A stretch of DNA of 64,000 nucleotides from Longimicrobiales bacterium (GTDB lineage: Bacteria > Gemmatimonadota > Gemmatimonadetes > Longimicrobiales > Gaopeijiaceae): assembly GCA_965116905.1 (NCBI GenBank), contig OZ220732.1, forward strand, positions 3,616,001-3,680,000, written 5' to 3'. Of this stretch, positions 58,067 to 64,000 are shown piece after piece (the stretch's first letter is position 1; each line of letters begins with the position of its first letter). The notes beneath the pieces are model-generated. The model did not search any database. It was not told the DNA's origin and was given only the letters and a program-made list of their open reading frames with translations. A program made the translations under genes and the position numbers.

Positions 58067-58651
58067 TTGGCCTGGATCGAGGAAATCCCGCCCACCGAGG
58101 CCACCGGACTCCTCCGAAGGGAGTTCGACGCGGCCGTGGCGCGCTCCGGTCGCGTCTGGAACATCGTGCAGGTGATGAGCCTGAACGCGCCGGTCCTCAG
58201 GGCCACCATGGCGCAGTACGGCGCCATCATGTTCGGTCCGTCCCCCCTGTCCAGATTCCAGCGCGAGCTTCTGGCCACGGTGGTCTCGGCCGAGCTGGAC
58301 TGCTTCTACTGAACCCAGGCGCACGCGCATGACCTCCGGGCAGAGGTCGAGGAGATGGGCATGGACGAAGGGGAGGGCGACCGGCTCGTGCACCGGATCG
58401 TGGCCGGGTGGCGCGAGGCGCCGCTCTCGCCGGCCGACCGGGCCCTGTGCGAGTACGCTGCGCGGCTGACCGCCAAACGGACCGTCATGACCGAGACCGA
58501 TCTGGACCGGCTGCGCGGCGAGGGTCTGAGCGACCGGGCAATCCACGACGCCATCCAGGTCATCGCGTTCTTCAACTACATCACGCGGGTGGCGGATGGC
58601 CTGGGAGTGCAGCCGGAGACCTTCATCGACAAATGGGGGCTGGACGAGTGA
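58067..58651 (+). CDS. AhpD/CMD-like peroxidase-related selenoprotein (CxxU), 194 aa
   Basis: Track ORFs 58067..58312 and 58355..58651 are in frame across TGA 58310-58312: RELLATVVSAELDCFY-U-TQAH; C-terminal FFNYITRVADGLG. Confidence 0.85.
58331..58348 (+). promoter_or_regulatory. Candidate SECIS hairpin (AhpD-like gene)
   Basis: Perfect 6-bp stem GACCTC-CGGGCA-GAGGTC; the loop starts 24 nt after UGA with G in position 2. Confidence 0.6.
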
Positions 58652-58725
58652 CCCCGTCTTGTCGTACCTTGACGCCGACCGTTGCCCGGGTGTCTCGGGC
58701 CCACAACCAAGGGAGCTAGGCGGAA

Positions 58726-59166
58726 ATGACTGCAAAGGGCGGAACGCGGATCAGAGTTACGTTGCGGTGGCTGCAGGTCCTCGACAACCTGGAACCGTTC
58801 TTCAAGGAGAAGGGCGAGTTCGTCTTTTGGGCCAAGGTGATCACGGACAACCATGGCGGTCAGGTGCAGGAGACCCGGATGCCCGGTCAGGGTCACTACT
58901 CGATCTCCGATCGCCCGCGTTGGAACCGCCTCAAGAACCTCGACAAGGTGCTCTTCGAGGGCGAGGTGACCGATCACCTCGTCGTCGAGCTGCGGGGCGA
59001 GGAGCTCGACCAGTTCAGCGCCAACGACCAGCTGGATACCTACCGGAGGACCTTCACGGGCCCCATCGGTGATCACGTTGCCCTGATTCAGCCCGGCGAC
59101 GAGGGATCCGACGACCCCGAGAACATGTCCAACTGGCGCATCGGCTACGAGATCGAGGCGGTCTGA
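58726..59166 (+). CDS. Hypothetical protein (beta-rich)
   Basis: Normal amino-acid composition, high GC3 and a double stop TGATAA. Confidence 0.7.
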   Translation: MTAKGGTRIRVTLRWLQVLDNLEPFFKEKGEFVFWAKVITDNHGGQVQETRMPGQGHYSISDRPRWNRLKNLDKVLFEGEVTDHLVVELRGEELDQFSANDQLDTYRRTFTGPIGDHVALIQPGDEGSDDPENMSNWRIGYEIEAV

Positions 59167-59173
59167 TAAGCCT

Positions 59174-59584
59174 TCACGCGAGTGAGGCCGCCACCCTGCG
59201 GATCTTCTCGACCATCGAGTAGAACCCGTTGCGCCGGTTCGGGCTCAGAGCCTCACCCAGCCTGAGACGATCGAAGATGTCGGAGAGGTCCACCGCGAGG
59301 GCCTCCTCCGGCGGCTGGCCGTTGTAGACCTCCGCGAGGATCGCGAAGAGTCCCTTCACGATGACGGACTCCGAGTCCCCCACGAAGCGGAGGACCGGAG
59401 GGTTATCTCCTTCAAGGCCTCCGGCGAGCCACGCCGGGCTCATGCACCCGCGCACCTGATTCTCCTCCGTCTTCAGCTCGACGGGCATCGGGGGCAGCCG
59501 CCGGCCCAGCTGGATGATGTAGTGGTATCTCAGCGTGCGGTCGGCCAGGCTGTTCAGCCTCTTTTCGAGCTGTTCCAACGTCAT
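59174..59584 (-). CDS. sufE: SufE family sulfur acceptor
   Basis: IIQLGRRLP, VRGCMS, DSESVIVKG and LSPNRRNG. Confidence 0.9.
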   Translation of the reverse strand: MTLEQLEKRLNSLADRTLRYHYIIQLGRRLPPMPVELKTEENQVRGCMSPAWLAGGLEGDNPPVLRFVGDSESVIVKGLFAILAEVYNGQPPEEALAVDLSDIFDRLRLGEALSPNRRNGFYSMVEKIRRVAASLA

Positions 59585-59632
59585 TCGGAGCGATCTCCTT
59601 GCCAAAACCCGAATAAAGTCCGAAATTGGGGA

Positions 59633-60742
59633 ATGCGGATACTACCTGTCAAACTTCGGACGGATCCGGCCCGTCCCCGGAGGGCCCTTGCGATCCGTCC
59701 TCGGCTCAAGGGGCGTGCCGTACCTTACGATCCTCCGAACCGTTTCGAAACGGTCCACGCGGAGATCGACCCCGAAGACCTCGCCCGCGAAGCGCCCCGT
59801 ACCGAGTTTCTTCCGGATGCCACGCGGGAGATCCTGGCCACGAACAGCAGCCCGGACATTCCCTTCGACGCGTCGGTCAACCCGTACAGGGGCTGCGAGC
59901 ACGGCTGCGTCTACTGCTACGCGCGTCCGACGCACGAATTCCTCGGCTTCTCTTCCGGCCTGGACTTCGAGAGGAAGATCCTGGTCAAGCACCGGGCGCC
60001 CGAGTTGCTGCGGGAGGCCCTCTCGGCGCGCTCCTGGCGGCCCCGGCTGATCGGCCTTTCCGGAGTCACCGATCCCTACCAGCCGGTCGAGCGGCGCCTG
60101 GGCCTGACCCGGGGCTGTCTGGAGGTGCTGAGGGACTACAGAAACCCGGTGGCCATCGTGACCAAGAACCATCTTGTGACCAGGGATGTGGACCTGTTGG
60201 GCGATCTGGCCGCCCACAACTGCGTGCAGGTGACCCTGTCCGTGACCACCCTGAAGAACGACCTGCAGCGTGTGATGGAGCCCCGCACCTCCATTCCCGC
60301 AAGGCGGCTCGATGCGATCTGGCAGCTCTCATCCGCGGGGATACCGGTCGGCGTGTTCGTCGCGCCCGTGATTCCCGGCCTGAACGACGAGGAGATCCCG
60401 GCAATCCTGGAGGCGACCGCCGAAGCCGGGGCCGCCAGCGCGTCCTTTCTGCTCCTGAGGCTGCCGATGGGGGTGGCCGACCACTTCAAGAACTGGCTGG
60501 AGACCCATTTCCCGGACAGGAAGGCCAGGGTCCTCCACCGGATCAGGGAGGTTCGTGGCGGCAGGCTGAACGACTCCGGGTTCCACACCCGTTTCCGGGG
60601 CGAGGGACAATACGCGAAACAGATTCAGCGGCTGTTCCGCGCCACCGCCCGCAAGCTCGGGCTGGACGGGAAGCCGCCGCGGCTTTCGACGAACGGGTTC
60701 CGCAGACACGGAGGAGCTCAGGGGGATCTGTTCGAAGGCTAG
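59633..60742 (+). CDS. PA0069/SplB-like radical SAM protein
   Basis: NSSPDIPFDASVNPYRGCEHGCVYCYAR, SGVTDPYQP and APVIPGLND. Confidence 0.9.
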   Translation: MRILPVKLRTDPARPRRALAIRPRLKGRAVPYDPPNRFETVHAEIDPEDLAREAPRTEFLPDATREILATNSSPDIPFDASVNPYRGCEHGCVYCYARPTHEFLGFSSGLDFERKILVKHRAPELLREALSARSWRPRLIGLSGVTDPYQPVERRLGLTRGCLEVLRDYRNPVAIVTKNHLVTRDVDLLGDLAAHNCVQVTLSVTTLKNDLQRVMEPRTSIPARRLDAIWQLSSAGIPVGVFVAPVIPGLNDEEIPAILEATAEAGAASASFLLLRLPMGVADHFKNWLETHFPDRKARVLHRIREVRGGRLNDSGFHTRFRGEGQYAKQIQRLFRATARKLGLDGKPPRLSTNGFRRHGGAQGDLFEG

Positions 60743-60779
60743 TTCCAGGTGTTCGTCCGCCCGTGTTTGCCCGGTTGTC

Positions 60780-61271
60780 CTACAGTCGGCTCAGAATGTA
60801 CGCGTAGGCGGCAACCGCCTCCACCTGCTCGTCGGTCAGTGGCATGCCGGCACGCGGCAGCATCGCGCCCGGATGCTCGATGGGCTGCGAGACCCCGGTC
60901 TTGACCAGCTCGATGATCGACTGGTATTCGCCGTCCACGTTGATCCAGGTATCATCGGTCAGGTCGGGTGCGAGCGGTCCGCCCGTGGCCTCCACCGTAT
61001 GACAGGTGTAGCAGATGCCCCCGCCGTTGAAGAGATCGCGTCCCTGCTCCACCATCGCCACCGTCACGCCTTCCGGAAGGAGTGCCGCGTCGAGCCCGGC
61101 CAGCAGGTCGACGGCCTCGGTGGCGGCCGCCGTCGCCGGATCCGCGTCCGCGGTCGCCGCCTCTTCCGAGCCTGTCGAACCGGAATCGCCTCCGCCGCAG
61201 GCGGCGGCCGCGAGGAGCGCCGTGGCGGCGATCGCCAGGTGGAGCGATGCATGCCCCTTGTTCCCAGTCAT
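60780..61271 (-). CDS. Monoheme c-type cytochrome lipoprotein
   Basis: LAAAAC lipobox, CYTCH, APDLTDDTW and AMLPR. Confidence 0.85.
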   Translation of the reverse strand: MTGNKGHASLHLAIAATALLAAAACGGGDSGSTGSEEAATADADPATAAATEAVDLLAGLDAALLPEGVTVAMVEQGRDLFNGGGICYTCHTVEATGGPLAPDLTDDTWINVDGEYQSIIELVKTGVSQPIEHPGAMLPRAGMPLTDEQVEAVAAYAYILSRL

Positions 61272-61387
61272 TATCTTCGTTCCTCGGATCAGTGTGTTTT
61301 CCAAGTCGTGCGACCGGAAGCTCGCCTGTGGGCGTGGCACCGGTCAACCGTACACCGCCCCAATACCGTCCAGGGATCCTCGATACC

Positions 61388-62788
61388 GTGACCACCTCGC
61401 CGACGCGCATCGCGATCATAGGAGCCGGGCCGGCGGGATTCTTTGCGGCAGAGGCGCTGCTGAAGCGTGATGACCCCGTCGCGATCGACATGATCAACAA
61501 CCTGCCCGCGCCCTATGGGCTGGTCCGCGACGGGGTGGCTCCGGACCACCAGGCCATCAAGTCGGTCGCGCGCGTCTACGCGAAGCTGCTCGGCAGGGAC
61601 GAGGTTCGCTACTTCGGCAACGTCACGCTCGGCGAGGACGTGACGCTGGACGATCTTCGCTCCCGCTACGACCAGATCGTCTACGCGGTCGGGGCGCAGA
61701 GCGACCGCCGCCTGGGCATCCCGGGAGAGGACCTGGCCGGGAGTCACGCCGCGATGCGCTTCGTGGGCTGGTACAATGCGCACCCGCACTTCCGGACCGA
61801 GTCGTTCGATCTCGATTGCGAGGACGTGGTGGTCGTCGGGAACGGCAACGTCGCGATCGACGTTGCGCGCATCCTGGTGCTGCAGCCCGACCGTCTGGCG
61901 ACGACGGACATCGCCGACCACGCGCTGGCCGCGCTGCGCACGAGCCGCGTGAGGCGCGTCACGCTGCTGGGTCGCCGTGGCCCGGCGCAGGCGTCCTTCA
62001 CCAACCCCGAGCTGCGGGAATTCGGTCGCCTGGACGGGGTCGCGGCAGAGGTGGACGCCGCTGAACTGGAGCTGGACGCCGCGAGCGCGGCCGAAATCGA
62101 GGACAACGCGGTGCGCAAGCGCAACATGAACACGCTGCGCGGGTACGCCGAGGCCGTCCCGGGGGACGGGGACCGGGTTGTGCGGTTCCGCTTCCTGGTG
62201 TCGCCGCTCGAGGTGGTGGACAAGGGCGGCAAGGTGTGCGGCGTGCGCGTGGAGCGGAACCGCCTGGTCGCGCAGGACGACGGCTATCAGCGCGCCGAAG
62301 GCACCGGCGTCGTGGAGACGATCCCGTGCGGGATGCTGATCCGCTCCGTGGGATACCGGGGCGCTCCGCTGCCGGGCGTGCCCTTCGACGGGCGCGCCGG
62401 CATCGTGCCGAACGAGGGCGGCCGCGTGCTGGCGCGCGCCGGTGGTGACGAGGTCGTCCCGGGCGAATACGTGGTGGGCTGGGCGAAGCGCGGGCCGTCG
62501 GGCGTGATCGGCACCAACAAGGCCGACGCGGCGGGAACGGTCGCCCTCATGGCCGAGGACCGTGGCGCGGGGATCTCCGCCGTGAGGGGGGACGCCGCCG
62601 GGAGCGGGCTCGAACGCGCGGACGATCTGTCGCAGCTGCTGGAGCGGCGCGGCGTTCGCTGGGTCGACAAGGTGGGGTGGGAGCGCATGGACGCCTGCGA
62701 AACCGCGCTCGGCAAGGCTCAGGGGCGCCCGAGGGTCAAGTTCTGCCGCGTACCGGAGATGCTCGAGGCGGCGAGGGCGGACAGCTGA
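61388..62788 (+). CDS. Adrenodoxin-reductase-like ferredoxin--NADP+ reductase (FprA type)
   Basis: IIGAGPAG, PYGLVRDGVAPDH, GNGNVAID, GRRGP and GWAKRGPSGVIGTN. Confidence 0.9.
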   Translation: MTTSPTRIAIIGAGPAGFFAAEALLKRDDPVAIDMINNLPAPYGLVRDGVAPDHQAIKSVARVYAKLLGRDEVRYFGNVTLGEDVTLDDLRSRYDQIVYAVGAQSDRRLGIPGEDLAGSHAAMRFVGWYNAHPHFRTESFDLDCEDVVVVGNGNVAIDVARILVLQPDRLATTDIADHALAALRTSRVRRVTLLGRRGPAQASFTNPELREFGRLDGVAAEVDAAELELDAASAAEIEDNAVRKRNMNTLRGYAEAVPGDGDRVVRFRFLVSPLEVVDKGGKVCGVRVERNRLVAQDDGYQRAEGTGVVETIPCGMLIRSVGYRGAPLPGVPFDGRAGIVPNEGGRVLARAGGDEVVPGEYVVGWAKRGPSGVIGTNKADAAGTVALMAEDRGAGISAVRGDAAGSGLERADDLSQLLERRGVRWVDKVGWERMDACETALGKAQGRPRVKFCRVPEMLEAARADS

Positions 62789-62806
62789 CCGAACGCGGGC
62801 GCTCCG

Positions 62807-64000
62807 TCAGACGCCCCCGGCGAGCCGCCAGAACTGAGCCACAAGGAAGCAGACCACAAACCCCATGGCCAGCGGCAACAGCGCGGACAGCGCCGTCCAG
62901 CGGCCGCTCTTCGTTTCCTTGTAGATCGTGTAGATGGTCGTGGAGCAGGGGTTATGCAGCAGGCTGAACAGCATGAGGTTCACGCCGGTCAGCAACGTCC
63001 AGCCACCCGCGCTCAGCAGTCCCGCCATGTCGCCGGCGGAGTCCCTCTCGAACATCACGCCGGCCCCCTCGCCAAGCTCGGGTGTGCCCAGCATCAGGAC
63101 GGTGAGCATCAGGATGGTCGGGATCACGATCTCGTTGGCCGGGATCGCGATGATGTAGGCGAGCAGGATCACCCCGTTGAGCCCGAGCAGCACGCCGAAG
63201 GGGTCCATGCCGTTGATCGCGTGTTCGGCCAGTGAGGCGCCGCCGACGGAGATGTTCGAAATCAGCCAGATCACCGCACCCGCGGGGACCGCAAAGAGGA
63301 CCGCGCGCCAGAGGATGATCAGGGTGCGGTCGATGATCGAGGTGTACAGCGTCTGCAGGACCCGGGGCGGGCGGTAGGGCGGCAGTTCGAGCGAGAAGGT
63401 CGTCGCCTCGCCCTTCAGCACGGTGTTGGAGAGGCCCCACGACGTGATGAACATGAAGAAGATCCCCAGCAGGGCGATCGTGACGACGGCGCCGGCGGAG
63501 ACGAAGCCCGCAAGGTGCGGCGGCACGAGCGCGCCGATGAAGATCGTCGCGATCAGGATCTGGGTCGGCCAGCGCCCGTTGCACAGCGAGAAGTTGTTGG
63601 TGATCACGGCGATCAGGCGCTCCCTGGGGCTGTCGATCACGCGCGTGGCGACGACCCCGGCCGCGTTGCAGCCGAAGCCCATGCTCATGGTCAGCGCCTG
63701 CTTGCCGTGGGCGCCTGCACGCCTGAAGAGCGAGTCCAGGTTGAAGGCGACGCGCGGCAGGTAGCCGAAGTCCTCCAGCAGGGTGAATAGCGGGAAGAAG
63801 ATGGCCATGGGCGGCAGCATGACGCTCACCACCCAGGCCGTCGCCCGGTACACCCCATCGAAGAGAAAGCCGCTGAGCCACCAGGGCATTCGGGCCCACT
63901 CGCCGAAGCCCATCAGAACGGGGTGCAGGGTGTCGATCAGAAGCGTGGCGAGCATCGCCGAGGGGACATTCGCGCCGGCGATCGTCAGCCAGAAGACGAC
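62807..64000 (-). CDS. feoB: Ferrous iron transporter FeoB, membrane (gate) portion; 5' end outside the window
   Basis: [35 protein letters not shown] and PCSTT. Confidence 0.88.
   Translation of the reverse strand, partial: VVFWLTIAGANVPSAMLATLLIDTLHPVLMGFGEWARMPWWLSGFLFDGVYRATAWVVSVMLPPMAIFFPLFTLLEDFGYLPRVAFNLDSLFRRAGAHGKQALTMSMGFGCNAAGVVATRVIDSPRERLIAVITNNFSLCNGRWPTQILIATIFIGALVPPHLAGFVSAGAVVTIALLGIFFMFITSWGLSNTVLKGEATTFSLELPPYRPPRVLQTLYTSIIDRTLIILWRAVLFAVPAGAVIWLISNISVGGASLAEHAINGMDPFGVLLGLNGVILLAYIIAIPANEIVIPTILMLTVLMLGTPELGEGAGVMFERDSAGDMAGLLSAGGWTLLTGVNLMLFSLLHNPCSTTIYTIYKETKSGRWTALSALLPLAMGFVVCFLVAQFWRLAGGV

Noticed and set aside
59174..64000. sufE, radical SAM, cytochrome, FNR and feoB as one iron/Fe-S operon
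   Set aside because: The strands alternate and I could identify no shared operator; the iron theme may be coincidental.

Overview
This is a very GC-rich bacterial chromosomal window. Gene order and content are suggestive of Gemmatimonadota (inference only). From 1 to 31 kb there is an almost entirely minus-strand housekeeping run: the dcw cluster (mraZ-rsmH-ftsL-ftsI-murE-murF-mraY-murD-ftsW-murG-murC-ftsQ-ftsA-ftsZ, with no murB or ddl), followed by an M23 peptidase, a VWA membrane protein, ftsY, recG, asnS, a 2-hydroxyacid dehydrogenase, alr, cdd, two envelope genes and mtaB. From 34.5 to 54 kb lies a C1/short-chain-acid region: fdhD-mobAB divergent from a NuoE-NuoF fusion and a selenocysteine formate dehydrogenase, then an ADP-ribosylglycohydrolase, an fhs broken by an 8-bp tandem duplication, an ActP-like symporter operon with an outer-membrane channel, a tetraheme cytochrome c, and a MatB-like ligase coupled to a second symporter. 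From 54 to 64 kb are an M29-fold lipoprotein lacking the usual metal ligands, an acyltransferase next to a hidden AhpD-like CxxU selenoprotein, sufE, a PA0069-like radical SAM gene, a cytochrome c, an FNR and a partial feoB. The best signals not shown by the ORF track are two in-frame UGA (Sec) codons with SECIS-like hairpins, the fhs duplication, a likely CUG start after ftsZ, the MraZ operator array, and many short tandem duplications inside essential genes. I saw no rRNA, tRNA, CRISPR array or transposase. All product calls come from motif recognition by eye; no database search was run, so novelty is not established for any finding.
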